Shown: piece by piece, positions 19,462-32,379 of the stretch
Layout: each line of letters begins with the position of its first letter
How positions within the stretch are numbered: position 1 is the first letter of the stretch
From: Pseudomonadota bacterium
Lineage (GTDB): Bacteria > Myxococcota > JACRCW01 > JAFGSX01
DNA length: 64,000 nt
Assembly (NCBI GenBank): GCA_043821645.1
Contig: JBDRCO010000043.1
Location: 113,523 to 177,522 of the forward strand
Reading direction: 5' to 3'
Notes under the pieces: model-generated
Databases searched by the model: none
The model's input: the letters and a program-made list of their open reading frames with translations, nothing else
What the model was told of the DNA's origin: nothing
Translations under genes and position numbers: made by a program

Positions 19462-20889
19462 CTAGCGGCGGCCCCGGGTACCGCGTCCGTCGTCACCGCT
19501 GCGGGTGATGCGCACCAGGGTCAACCGCGCGCTGCCATCGCGCTCGTCGAGCAGCAGGACCAGGGGCGGACCCTGGCGACCGGAGCGCAGGGACACGGCG
19601 CTGTCGGAGGACGGCACCTGGACGTCGAGGGCACTGGCCTTTGCGAAAGGTGGGTCGCTCTTCTGGCCGAGGTGGATGGACAGCATGGTCGATGCGCTCA
19701 GGTCCACCAGATCGCCGCGGCCGTCGTCATTCAGATCCAGACCGAACAGTGGCGGGTGGCCAGCCATCTGTGTTGAGCGGCCGAAGTCCACCTCGGCGTC
19801 CAGGTCCAGGGGGGCCCCCTCGACGTGGCGGCCGCCGGCGAAGCGGTGCACGCGGTAGCTCACGAGGATGCGTCCGGTGACCAGGGCCTTGCCCATGGCC
19901 AGGATACCGGTGTCGACCTGCGGCTCGACCACATCGAGGATGCCGTCGAGATCCACGTCGTGAACCAGCAGCGGGGCGGCCAGACCCTTGCGATCGATGC
20001 TGGCCAGGGTCGTCCCCGGTGTGCGGCCGATCAGGGGACCCGCGAAGACCTTCCACGACGTGCGCATCGTGTCCGAGCCGCCGCGCTGAAAGGTCACCAC
20101 GGCGTCGAGCACGCGATCGCCGGTGAGGTCCACCAGCCGGGTGTCGACGATGCCCTCGTCGCTGGCGAGCTCGGCGGGACTGCGCACGGGGAGGCGCAGG
20201 GTGCGCACCGGGGCCCCGCCCACGTACAGGGCCAGGTCCTCCTCGATCGCGAAGCCGAGATCGCGCTGGCCGTCTCCATCGAGGTCACCGGCAAAGGCGC
20301 GCGGGTGCACCAGCACCGTCATCAACGAGAAGTCGCGACGCGCCCGCGGCCCGCGAAACACCAGGCCGCTGGCCATGTGGGTACGCGTGGGCACGCTCAG
20401 GCTGCGCACTTCGCCCGGAGCGTCCACCGCCAGCACACCGGCCAGGGACGGCAAGAGCACCGGCGGCTTGCCGTCGGGACAAAGCTCGATCACGGCCAGG
20501 TCGGCATGCTCGACAAAGGGCAAGGCGCCCTGGAGCTGGGCCACGGTGCTCAGGCTGCCGTCGGGAGCCCGTCGCTCCAGCACCCCCGGGCGCACGAAGA
20601 GCAGTCCGGGCCCGATCCCCGGGCAAGCACCGAGCAGCACCGCATCCTCGGGCACGGCCACGGGGCGCGGTGGAGCTGCAGGCAGGCGTGCCGTGCTGGC
20701 CGCATCGAGGATCACCACCTGGCGCTGCCCGTGCTGTATCAGCACCACCACGCCGTCGAGCACGCCGTCGCCGGTGACGTCGAGGGCGTACAGGCCCCGC
20801 GGCAGGCCAGGCAAGGTCCATTGCTGGGTCTGCGCGGTGAGTTCGGTGACGGCCAGGGTCGAGGTCAGCAGCACGGCGGCAAGAATCAT
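19462..20889 (-). CDS. Secreted FG-GAP/VCBS repeat protein
   Basis: Signal peptide; DVTGDGVLDG, GDLDGDGQRDL, DLTGDRVLDA, DVDLDGILDV, DLNDDGRGDLV. Confidence 0.75.
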   Translation of the reverse strand: MILAAVLLTSTLAVTELTAQTQQWTLPGLPRGLYALDVTGDGVLDGVVVLIQHGQRQVVILDAASTARLPAAPPRPVAVPEDAVLLGACPGIGPGLLFVRPGVLERRAPDGSLSTVAQLQGALPFVEHADLAVIELCPDGKPPVLLPSLAGVLAVDAPGEVRSLSVPTRTHMASGLVFRGPRARRDFSLMTVLVHPRAFAGDLDGDGQRDLGFAIEEDLALYVGGAPVRTLRLPVRSPAELASDEGIVDTRLVDLTGDRVLDAVVTFQRGGSDTMRTSWKVFAGPLIGRTPGTTLASIDRKGLAAPLLVHDVDLDGILDVVEPQVDTGILAMGKALVTGRILVSYRVHRFAGGRHVEGAPLDLDAEVDFGRSTQMAGHPPLFGLDLNDDGRGDLVDLSASTMLSIHLGQKSDPPFAKASALDVQVPSSDSAVSLRSGRQGPPLVLLLDERDGSARLTLVRITRSGDDGRGTRGRR

Positions 20890-21014
20890 GCGCGCTGCTT
20901 AACAAGCGCCCGCTCCCGCTGCAAGCCGCGCCCCACCCGGCACAACGGCTGCACCCAGGCAGGGGGGCACCACCCAGGCGCCGCCGAGGCCGAGGGCGCG
21001 CGAGGTCTCCCAGC

Positions 21015-21046
21015 AAAGAAAACCCCCGGGCGTGGGCCCCGGGGGG
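21015..21046 (-). terminator. Rho-independent terminator of groESL
   Basis: - strand CCCCCGGG-GCCCACG-CCCGGGGG-TTTTCTTT about 27 nt after the groEL stop. Confidence 0.85.
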
Positions 21047-21072
21047 TGCGATCAGAGTATCCGGCGAAGCGG

Positions 21073-22719
<1,647 letters not shown>

Positions 22720-22774
22720 CGTCGGAACTCCTTGTGACCGCTGTGTGCGGCACCGTTGGTGTTGGGGGGGTTAC

Positions 22775-23065
22775 TCAGTCCTCGACCACGCCCAGGACCT
22801 CGTCCTCGCGCAGCACCAGGCGGTCCTCGCCGTCGATCTTGAGCTCGGTTCCCGAGTACTTTCCGAACAGGATCTTGTCGCCGGCCTTGACCTCCATCGG
22901 ACGCAGCTTGCCGCCATCGAGCAGCTTGCCGTTCCCCACCGCGAGGACCTGCCCCATGATGGGCTTTTCCTTGGCGCTGTCGGGGATGATGATACCGCCG
23001 GCGGTCTTCTCTTCGCCGTCGAGACGCTTGACCAGGATCCTGTCGTACAAGGGCTTGAGCTTCAT
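22775..23065 (-). CDS. groES: Co-chaperonin GroES
   Basis: [21 protein letters not shown]...[15 protein letters not shown]...GKYSGTE. Confidence 0.97.
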   Translation of the reverse strand: MKLKPLYDRILVKRLDGEEKTAGGIIIPDSAKEKPIMGQVLAVGNGKLLDGGKLRPMEVKAGDKILFGKYSGTELKIDGEDRLVLREDEVLGVVED

Positions 23066-23191
23066 GGCCTTCTCCTGTGTTCCCTCGCCAGTTTGCAGGG
23101 GTAGCGCCACTCGTTTGGCGTGATCCGCACTGGCGTTGTGAACGTTGTTTTTCCGGGTGAGGTACTGGCCCACCCTGTTTGGGCGCGGCCA

Positions 23192-23219
23192 ATGTAGGCA
23201 CGGGTGCGAGGGTGGCAAG
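23192..23219 (-). promoter_or_regulatory. RpoH (sigma32)-like heat-shock promoter of groESL
   Basis: - strand CTTG-N17-CCTACAT, resembling CTTG-N17-CYTATNT RpoH promoters, about 125 nt upstream of groES. Confidence 0.6.
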
Positions 23220-23333
23220 GGGATCTGTGCGGGTTCTTGCTCACAGCCTCGCCTGCATGCTAAATAGCCAAAGTCACGCGGTTTTTTTGTTGTGTCCTGA
23301 CCACCAAGTGCCCCGCGAGGAGCCACCAGCACC

Positions 23334-24134
23334 GTGTTCCGGCTGCGCGAAGCAGGTCTGCATCACCGCGGCATCGCCGTGCCGCACTTGTTTGCGCCGG
23401 CCGCGGAGCTGCTGCTGGACGCCATCGAAGCGCCGCCCGGGGGGGGCAGTGCGCTCTGCCTCGAGCCGGGAGGCCCGGTGCTGTTCAGGGCCGCCGCCCT
23501 GCATCCGAGCCTGCGCGAGACGCGACTCGTGCTCGCAGGCAGCGAGCACGACGCGACCCGGCAAGGTGCCCTCGCCATGCCCGGCAACTGGCTGCTGACG
23601 GATCCCTGGTTCTTGCCCGTGCGCACTCAGAGCTGCGACCTGGTCCTGGCCAACCTGCTTCTCGGCGATGCGGAGATGGACGCGGCCCTGCTGCGGGAGT
23701 TCCAGCGCGTGCTCAGACCGGGCGGCCAGCTGGTGGCCACGGTCCTGCTGGCCGGGACCTTCGAGGAATTCTTCGACCTGACGCAGGAGTACTGCGAGAA
23801 CCAGGGGCTGGTCGAGGGCCGTGCCGCGCTGTCCGACGAGCGCTCGAACCTGTACCGGCCGCCGGCGCTGCAGCGCAGCCTGGAGACCCGCGGCTTCGAG
23901 GCCGTGCGCCTGGGCATCGAGAATCGCGCTGCGCCCTTTGGCAACGGCTTCGAGTTCATCGAGGACCCGGTGGTGCGGAACGTGTTCCTGGCCGACTGGA
24001 TGCGCACCCTGAGCGATCCCCGGCTGCGCCAGAGTACCCTGGCCGGGGTCGCCCAGTTCATCGACACCTACTTCGCGGGCATTGGCTTCACCGCGCGCCT
24101 GGTCACGGGCGTGATCACGGGCCGGCGCCGCTGA
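23334..24134 (+). CDS. Class I SAM-dependent methyltransferase-like protein (degenerate motif I)
   Basis: [15 protein letters not shown]...[16 protein letters not shown]; glycine loop reads LCLEPGGP. Confidence 0.65.
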   Translation: MFRLREAGLHHRGIAVPHLFAPAAELLLDAIEAPPGGGSALCLEPGGPVLFRAAALHPSLRETRLVLAGSEHDATRQGALAMPGNWLLTDPWFLPVRTQSCDLVLANLLLGDAEMDAALLREFQRVLRPGGQLVATVLLAGTFEEFFDLTQEYCENQGLVEGRAALSDERSNLYRPPALQRSLETRGFEAVRLGIENRAAPFGNGFEFIEDPVVRNVFLADWMRTLSDPRLRQSTLAGVAQFIDTYFAGIGFTARLVTGVITGRRR

Positions 24135-24271
24135 ACCGCCGCCAGGCCTGCGCCGGGCAGCGGGACTCCGGCGGCGCACCCCCAAAACCGTTACACTAGA
24201 TCCCAGTGAAGGACCGCGCGTTGTCAGGGGTGGGGCCGGTGTGCCCTGCGCCCGCGCCCGAGGAGGCCTGC

Positions 24272-24860
24272 ATGTCCATTTCTTCCGCCGTCACCGGGGT
24301 GATGCGCAAGGCCGCCGTGGCCACCGCCAGCACCGTCATCGTGGAGGTGGGCCGGGCGATCCATGCCAGCGAGCCTGCCACGAAACGCCTGCGCCTGCGC
24401 GCGCGCGAAATTTCCACCACCCTGGCCGCCAAGATCGCGGTGAGCGAGAGCGCTCAGGCCCTGGCGCGGATCGGTGCCCGCCGCCTGCCCAACGTTGGCG
24501 CGGGCCGCCTGGCAAGACAACTGGCCAGCCGCCCCATGGCCGCCGCCGGGGGTCGCCCTGTTCGCCTTCGACGCGGTCAAGGACGGCCTGAGCCTCGGAC
24601 GTGGCGACATCGACAGCGCCGAGTTCTTCGAACGTTCCTCGGGCAACGCCGCCAGCCTGGCCGCCTCGTCGGGTGGAGCGGTGTTCGGTGGCGCCGTGGG
24701 CGGTGTGTTGCTGCCGGTTGCCGGCGCACCTGTGGGCGCCCTGTTGGGCAGCGTGCTTGCAGGTCTGGGAGGGGATGCCGCGGGGCGCATCCTCGCCAAG
24801 AAGATCACTGGCGACCGACCCGTGGCGCGCGCCAAGAAGCGGCGGCGGCGCAAAAAATAG
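24272..24860 (+). pseudogene. Glycine-zipper membrane protein split by a +1 frameshift at G5 (24548-24552)
   Basis: GAGGAGG SD + ATG 24272; first frame reads ...PMAAAG, the next frame continues VALFAFDAVKDG...GGAVFGGAVGGVLLPVAGAPVGALLGSVLAG...KKRRRRKK stop 24860. Confidence 0.6.
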
Positions 24861-24990
24861 CGCCCAGGGCGGGGCACTGAATCGGAAAAGGGCGCCCCCC
24901 GTGCCGCGAATTTCTCCTCGCGCTTGTTCTGCAGTGGAGCGCGGTGCTAGCACTACCCACGCCGTGTCAACCTCCCTCCCCGAGCCTCCA

Positions 24991-26235
24991 ATGGCAGACC
25001 AGCTGACGCGCAGGGAACTTCCCTTTCCCAACGTGCTGCGTGTGCTCTTGCTTGGCGTCGTCGTCAAGCTTGCAGCCCTGGCCGTGTTCTCGCTCTCCAT
25101 CCCCTCTGATTGGCTTGTTCATCTCGTCGCGGACGTGCGTTCGTGGGTTCCATTCTGGTGGGACTGCCAGCACGGCGGTGTGCCCTACGTCAGTGTCCCG
25201 AAAGAATACGCCGTCGCTGTCGGGCTTCTCTACTGGGCGCTGAGCCCACTGATGGATCTGGAGACCGGGTCCCTGCTCCCGGTTCTACTCACCCACGCCA
25301 TCGTGATGTCCATCGTGGATGTCCTCAACGCGGGCTTGTTCTACAGACTGCTGTGGCGTCGGAACAATCGCCGCGCCCTGGTGCTGGCTCTGGCGCTGGT
25401 CGCCCTGCCCACCGCAGCCCTGCTCGCGCCCTTTCGTTTTGAAAGCGTGGTCGTGCTCAGCGTGCTGCTCGGTCTCACCGCGCGGGAGAGAGGCCATCCT
25501 CTCCTGGCAACCGCGGCCTGGTCGGTGGGGTGCTGGCTCAAATGGTATCCGGTGTTTTTCGTCGCGGTGCAGGTCATCGAAGCCTGGCGTCTGGGGCAGC
25601 GCCGGCAGGCTGCCGTGTGCTGTGGGCTGTTCGCTGCCATCGCCGTCGCGCTCAACCTGCCCTTCATCGTCGGGGCCCTCGTCGTCAACGGCAGTCTTGA
25701 CAGCTGGACCATCACCTATACTTTTCACGCCGGACGCGCCGTGAGCTTCGACACGCTCCTGGGTTGCTGCCGGCTGTGGCTGGGCGATGTGCCTGGTGGC
25801 TCGGTGGTCCTCGCCGGGTCTGCCGCGCTGGCGCTGACGGTGTTGCTGGTCCGCCGCAGCTGGAGCTTCGAGACGCGCTGCGCGCTGACCTGCATGGCCA
25901 CGTTGATCTGTAACCAGGTCTACTCGGCCCAGTTCAACCTGTGGTTCTATCCCTTCGTGTTGCTGATCCTGGCGCAGGCCCGAGATCCTCGCTGGCCAGC
26001 GGTCCTGCTGCTTGCCCTCGATCTGAGCAATGTCGCCGTCTACCCCTTTGTCTACGCGCGCGTGGTCGACGAACTGGACGGGTTCACACCGGCTGCGGCC
26101 GCAGACCGCGGTGGTGTCTGGAGCATCGTCTTCACCCTGGCGGTCGTCTTCAGGGCTGGCTTGCTGTTCGCTCTCGGACTGTGGCTGGCCCGACGTACCG
26201 CACCACCCCTCGATTCAGGGGCTCCCTCATCCTGA
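24991..26235 (+). CDS. Multi-pass GT-C type glycosyltransferase (GT87-like)
   Basis: Many TM helices; GVPYVSVPKEY, RFESVVVL, WLKWYP, NQVYSAQFNLWFYP. Confidence 0.7.
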   Translation: MADQLTRRELPFPNVLRVLLLGVVVKLAALAVFSLSIPSDWLVHLVADVRSWVPFWWDCQHGGVPYVSVPKEYAVAVGLLYWALSPLMDLETGSLLPVLLTHAIVMSIVDVLNAGLFYRLLWRRNNRRALVLALALVALPTAALLAPFRFESVVVLSVLLGLTARERGHPLLATAAWSVGCWLKWYPVFFVAVQVIEAWRLGQRRQAAVCCGLFAAIAVALNLPFIVGALVVNGSLDSWTITYTFHAGRAVSFDTLLGCCRLWLGDVPGGSVVLAGSAALALTVLLVRRSWSFETRCALTCMATLICNQVYSAQFNLWFYPFVLLILAQARDPRWPAVLLLALDLSNVAVYPFVYARVVDELDGFTPAAAADRGGVWSIVFTLAVVFRAGLLFALGLWLARRTAPPLDSGAPSS

Positions 26236-26403
26236 AGTCCTCGCCCGACGCCTGAGGCTGTTGCCCGGCAGCAACGCCCGGAGCTGGGTCGTCACCACCA
26301 ACGGACCCGGAGCCGGATCCGCAGAATGCACGTCCACGCTGCTGCTCGGGATGAATGCACCGGGGCCTGCACCCGACACGGAGAGCGCGTGCTGGACGCC
26401 CCC

Positions 26404-28227
<1,824 letters not shown>

Positions 28228-28337
28228 GTCTCAACCTCCGCGGGGAGGGCAGCCTATAGCAGGAAGCTCCGGCTGGCGCGAGGTCCAGTCCGTCACGGCC
28301 GCGTGAGAACCGCAAACTGCCGGGCTTTCCAGCGCGA

Positions 28338-28940
28338 TCAGGGGGTGGCACCGACTCCCACCAGGTACAGCGCTTCTTCCTTGGCGGTGTTGAGGTTGAG
28401 CAGTCGGTTCAGCTCGTTCTCCTTGAACACACCCACGGCCACGGCGCCCAGTCCCAGCGAGGTCGCCTGCAACAGCAGGTTCTGGGCCGCGTGCCCCACC
28501 TCGATGGCGATGAAGCGGCTGGTCAGATGGCGGTACTTGCGCTCGGTGCGCTCGGCGACCGCGGTGAGCACCACGCTCAGGGCCGCCTCGCCGAACAGGC
28601 GCTGACCGAGACCGATGGAGGTGAGTTCCTGCCGCAGATCGCCGGCCACCACGAGCTCGAGGCCATGGCCCTCGGCCCGGTAGTGGTACAGGCCTGGCTT
28701 GACCTCGTCCACGGCGTGCACGGCGACGTAGACCTCGACCGGGAACAGCGCGCCCGCCGACGGCACGGAGCGCAGGGGCTTGTCGAAGGCCTTGCCCGTG
28801 ATGCCCGCCGTGGCATGCAGGAGCTGGGACAGCTGGGCCTGGGGCACGGAGCGCTGCGTGAAGCTGCGTGCGGAGCGGCGCTGATCGATGGCGCGCTCCA
28901 CGGTCAGGCCCTGCAGGCCGGGCTTGGGCAGAAGCTGCAT
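28338..28940 (-). CDS. SagB/ThcOx-like nitroreductase-family oxidoreductase
   Basis: GGAGG SD; RRSARSF, RSVPSAGALFPVEVY, GLYHY, IEVGHAAQNLLLQATSLGLG. Confidence 0.85.
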   Translation of the reverse strand: MQLLPKPGLQGLTVERAIDQRRSARSFTQRSVPQAQLSQLLHATAGITGKAFDKPLRSVPSAGALFPVEVYVAVHAVDEVKPGLYHYRAEGHGLELVVAGDLRQELTSIGLGQRLFGEAALSVVLTAVAERTERKYRHLTSRFIAIEVGHAAQNLLLQATSLGLGAVAVGVFKENELNRLLNLNTAKEEALYLVGVGATP

Positions 28941-29080
28941 GGTGATCCTCCGTCCCCGGGAGAACTCTCGGGGTGTGCAAGGTAACACCTGGCCAGCTTC
29001 GCTGCACGCCACCGCGAGGACCTGGGCCGCGAGAGTGCGCGGCGAGTGACCGCGTCCTGGATGCGCGTTATGGTCCGGCC

Positions 29081-30403
29081 ATGCTCGCTTTGACAGTACT
29101 CCTCGGGACCCTGCTCCTGGTCGCCCCCGCCCTGCCCGTGCCGCAGCCCCTGGAAGCCCAGCTTCCCAGCGGCCTGAGCGTGATCGTGGTGCCACAGCCA
29201 CGCCATCCCGTGGTCACGGTGCAGACCTGGCTGCTCGCCGGGAGTGTCGACGAAGAACCGACCCAGGCCGGGACCGCCCGCTTGCTGATGCAGGTGCTCG
29301 GCGCCGGCGGCAAGCGCTATGGCCGCGACGGCGTCGACGCCGCGGTGCAGGCCGTGGGTGGGCGGAACATGCGGCGCGTGGGTCCCGAGACCGCCGTGTT
29401 CTCGACGACAGTGCCGGCCGTGAAGCTGGAGCTCGCGCTGCAGATCGCGGCGGATCGCCTTCGCGCTCCACAGCTCGACAAGGACAGGATAGCGCGCGCC
29501 GCGGCAGAGCTGAGCGCGCAAGACCAGGCCCGGGGTGTGGACGGACCGGAGCGTGCGCTCGCCGTGCTGCAGACCCTGAGTTTCTTGACCCATCCGCTTC
29601 GACAGCCTCTGGACGGATGGTGGTACCAGGACCTGCCGGATCCCGTGCGCAGCTGTCGCAGCTTCTTCGACGCCCATGTCGCGCCCGCCCGCACGGCCTT
29701 GATCGTGGTCGGTGACGTCGATCCCCCGCGCACATTGGGATTGATCAAGAAGGTCCTGGCGAGCTGGACTCAGCGCAAGGCCGGGCCACGGCGGAACGTG
29801 GCAGAACTCCCCGTGTCCGGCGCACGCCGACTCGAGATGATCGACACGGCAGCGCCCGGTTGGCTGGCCGTGGGCTGGCGCACGCCCGGCCTCACCCAGG
29901 TCGATGCCCTGGCCCTCGAGGTGCTGGTCGAAGCCCTGGCGGACAGTCAGGGCCAGCTGCGCGGTGCCGTGGCGAGTCCGCTCACGACGAACGCCCGCCT
30001 GCGCTATCGCCCTCACGCCCCGCACGGGCTGCTGGAACTGTGGTGCCCGCTGGAACTGAACCAGGATCCCGCGGCGCTGGAGGCCGCGCTCCGGGCCACC
30101 GTCGAGCAGAAGCTGCGCGCTGTCGACGACAGCACCCTGCAAGCGGCCACAGCCAGGGTGCGGTCGGCCTGGCTGCGCCAGCGGGACAGCGCTGAGGACC
30201 TGGCGCTGGCCACGGGTGAGAACAGCCTGCTGCGCGGTGCCGCGCTGAGCTCGGTGCTCGACACCGCGACCCTGGACGGCCTCACACCAGCAATTCTGAG
30301 GCAGGTGTCGGAGCGCTGCTTGCGCCCGTCCCAGGCGAGCGTCGTGGTCGTCTTCGCGGGCGGTGGCAGCACCACCCGCAGTGGGGACGGAGGCGCGCGA
30401 TGA
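29081..30403 (+). CDS. M16 (insulinase) family protein, subunit 1, lacks HxxEH
   Basis: Signal peptide; LPSGLSVIVVP...VVTVQTWLLAGSVDEEPTQAGTARLLMQ; FFDAHVAPARTALIVVGDVD. Confidence 0.75.
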   Translation: MLALTVLLGTLLLVAPALPVPQPLEAQLPSGLSVIVVPQPRHPVVTVQTWLLAGSVDEEPTQAGTARLLMQVLGAGGKRYGRDGVDAAVQAVGGRNMRRVGPETAVFSTTVPAVKLELALQIAADRLRAPQLDKDRIARAAAELSAQDQARGVDGPERALAVLQTLSFLTHPLRQPLDGWWYQDLPDPVRSCRSFFDAHVAPARTALIVVGDVDPPRTLGLIKKVLASWTQRKAGPRRNVAELPVSGARRLEMIDTAAPGWLAVGWRTPGLTQVDALALEVLVEALADSQGQLRGAVASPLTTNARLRYRPHAPHGLLELWCPLELNQDPAALEAALRATVEQKLRAVDDSTLQAATARVRSAWLRQRDSAEDLALATGENSLLRGAALSSVLDTATLDGLTPAILRQVSERCLRPSQASVVVVFAGGGSTTRSGDGGAR

Positions 30404-31746
30404 ACCCCGCCGTCCTGTTGCTGACCGGCGGCGCGCTGCTGCTCGCGGCCCCGCGCCTGGGCGATCCCTGGCCCCTGCCCGCACCGACCCGCGCGGTGTT
30501 GCCAGGTGGGGTGCGCGCCTTGGTGATGCCGGAACCAGCGCTGGCCAGCACCACGCTGCTGATGATGAGCAACCACGGTGCGCTCGACGAGCTTGCCGGC
30601 CAGGACGGCGCTCTGTCCCTGGTCGCCGCCACCCTGGCCTGTCAGGCCAGCGATCCGGGCAACCCGCTGGGTTTTGCCGGTGGGCGGATGCGGGCACGGG
30701 TCGACTGGCAAGAGCTGGAGCTCGCGGTCGAGTTCCCCGGCGGTTCCCTCGACGCCGCGGCGCAAGCCCTGGGCGCGGCCTTGCGGCAGCCGGCTCTGCG
30801 CGAGACCTGCCTGCGCCGTGCCGAACAGGCGCTACGTCTCGAGGAGGTGGCGAACCGCGAGGCCACCAGTGCCGCACTGGAGCAGGCCCTGTTCCCGGGA
30901 CACAGGCGCGGACGTCCGCTGCTCGGGTCGCCCGCCAGCCGCGCCCGGGCGACACCCGCCAGCCTGGCCGCGCTGTGGAGCGCCCAGACCCAGGCCCCGG
31001 CGCTGTGGGTGGTGGTCATCGGGCCGGTGGAGATTGACAGCACGCTGCAGATCCTGACCAGACACCTGGCGGACCTGGGCTCGAGCGCGGCCTCGCCTGC
31101 CCCGCCACCGCCGCCTGCAAGCGAAGAGACCGCGCGCGCAACGGTGGTGGATGCACCAGGCTCGAGCCTGGCCACCCTGTGGATAGCCCAGCGCCTGCCG
31201 CTCGACAGCTCGCACTCCCTGCCCGAGCATCTGCTGCTCGACGAGGCGTGGCTGCACGCCGGCGCGCCAAGGTCCCTCGCTGCGAGGGGTTGCCGCAGCA
31301 CTCGGGGTCGTGACACAGCCGGGGTGGAGGCCAGCACGGACGCTCTGATCCTGCGCTGCCCCGGACTGGAGCCCGAGAGCGTGCGCGCCGTCCTGGATCA
31401 GGCGGCGCTCGACCTCGGGCGGCTGCGCCAGAAACCGCTCGCCCCGCGCGCGCTGCGCGAACTCAAGGATCAGCAGCACGGCCGCCTTGCCCTGCAGCAC
31501 GAGAGTGCGCTGGTCCAGGCCCGCTCCTTGGCCCGACTCGAGCGCGAGGGAACCCGCGCCGAGGTTCTGGCACAGGCGCCCGCCAAACTCGAGGCGATCA
31601 GCGCGCGCGACCTTCAGAGCGCCGCTCTGGGTGTCCTCAGCCCGCTGGCGCTGCGCGCGGTGGTACTGGGGCCAGCCGAGCGCTTGAGGCCACAACTCGC
31701 GGATCTGCTCGGCGCGGCAGCCCCGGATGCGACCGGCGACCGCTGA
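30400..31746 (+). CDS. M16 family protein, subunit 2, non-catalytic
   Basis: ATGA overlap; LPGGVRALVMP...GALDELAGQDGALSL; LFPGHRRGRPLLGS; VVVIGPV. Confidence 0.7.
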   Translation: MNPAVLLLTGGALLLAAPRLGDPWPLPAPTRAVLPGGVRALVMPEPALASTTLLMMSNHGALDELAGQDGALSLVAATLACQASDPGNPLGFAGGRMRARVDWQELELAVEFPGGSLDAAAQALGAALRQPALRETCLRRAEQALRLEEVANREATSAALEQALFPGHRRGRPLLGSPASRARATPASLAALWSAQTQAPALWVVVIGPVEIDSTLQILTRHLADLGSSAASPAPPPPPASEETARATVVDAPGSSLATLWIAQRLPLDSSHSLPEHLLLDEAWLHAGAPRSLAARGCRSTRGRDTAGVEASTDALILRCPGLEPESVRAVLDQAALDLGRLRQKPLAPRALRELKDQQHGRLALQHESALVQARSLARLEREGTRAEVLAQAPAKLEAISARDLQSAALGVLSPLALRAVVLGPAERLRPQLADLLGAAAPDATGDR

Positions 31747-31898
31747 CGCGCGCGTCGCTGCACGGGCCACCGCAGTTGACGAGACGTGACGACGGGTGTT
31801 ATCGAAGGCTTGGCTTTTCGAGACCTTAGTGTGTGATGCGGGGCCTGACGACGCCGGGACCATGCCGCCCGGCCGGACCCTGCCAAGAGGAGGACGCC

Positions 31899-32342
31899 TT
31901 GAAGCGGACGTCCCGGTGGATTCTGCTGCTGACCCTCGCCGCCCTCGCCGCCTGCGGTCCCGTGCAGTCCCTGACCGTGATCTGGGAAGCCAGCGCCGAG
32001 CTCGAAGGCGCCAAGGCCGCGGACGGTCAGAAGTATGCACCCTACGAGGTCGTGGCCGCCGAGGCCTACCTGGACAAGGCCCTCGAAGAGCAGGCCTTTG
32101 CCGACTTCGAACCGGCCATCGTGTTCGGCACCAAGGCGCGCGACATGGCACGCCAGGCCAAGCAGAAGACCGCGGCGGCCACCAGCAAGGCGACACCGCC
32201 TGATGCTCCGCCACCCGGGGACACTGCCGCTGATGGCATGGTGCCCGACGACAGCGGGACCCCAGCTCCGGTGCAAGTGGTGCCCGTGCCCGAGGAGGGC
32301 GGCCAGCGTCCCCCCCCCATCATCGTGCCGACCGCCGAGTGA
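31899..32342 (+). CDS. DUF4398-like lipoprotein
   Basis: GAGGAGG SD + TTG; LAALAAC lipobox; AKAADGQKYAPYEVVAAEAYLDKA. Confidence 0.75.
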   Translation: MKRTSRWILLLTLAALAACGPVQSLTVIWEASAELEGAKAADGQKYAPYEVVAAEAYLDKALEEQAFADFEPAIVFGTKARDMARQAKQKTAAATSKATPPDAPPPGDTAADGMVPDDSGTPAPVQVVPVPEEGGQRPPPIIVPTAE

Positions 32343-32379
32343 GACCCGTGCTGCCTCGCCGCGCTTCAAGGAGCCTGAC

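Noticed and set aside
23237-23263. CIRCE element upstream of groES
   Set aside because: Only one arm resembles the consensus (7/9); the other arm does not
28338-28940. RiPP (TOMM) cluster around the SagB-like gene
   Set aside because: No YcaO, precursor peptide or dedicated exporter nearby; standalone SagB-like nitroreductases are common
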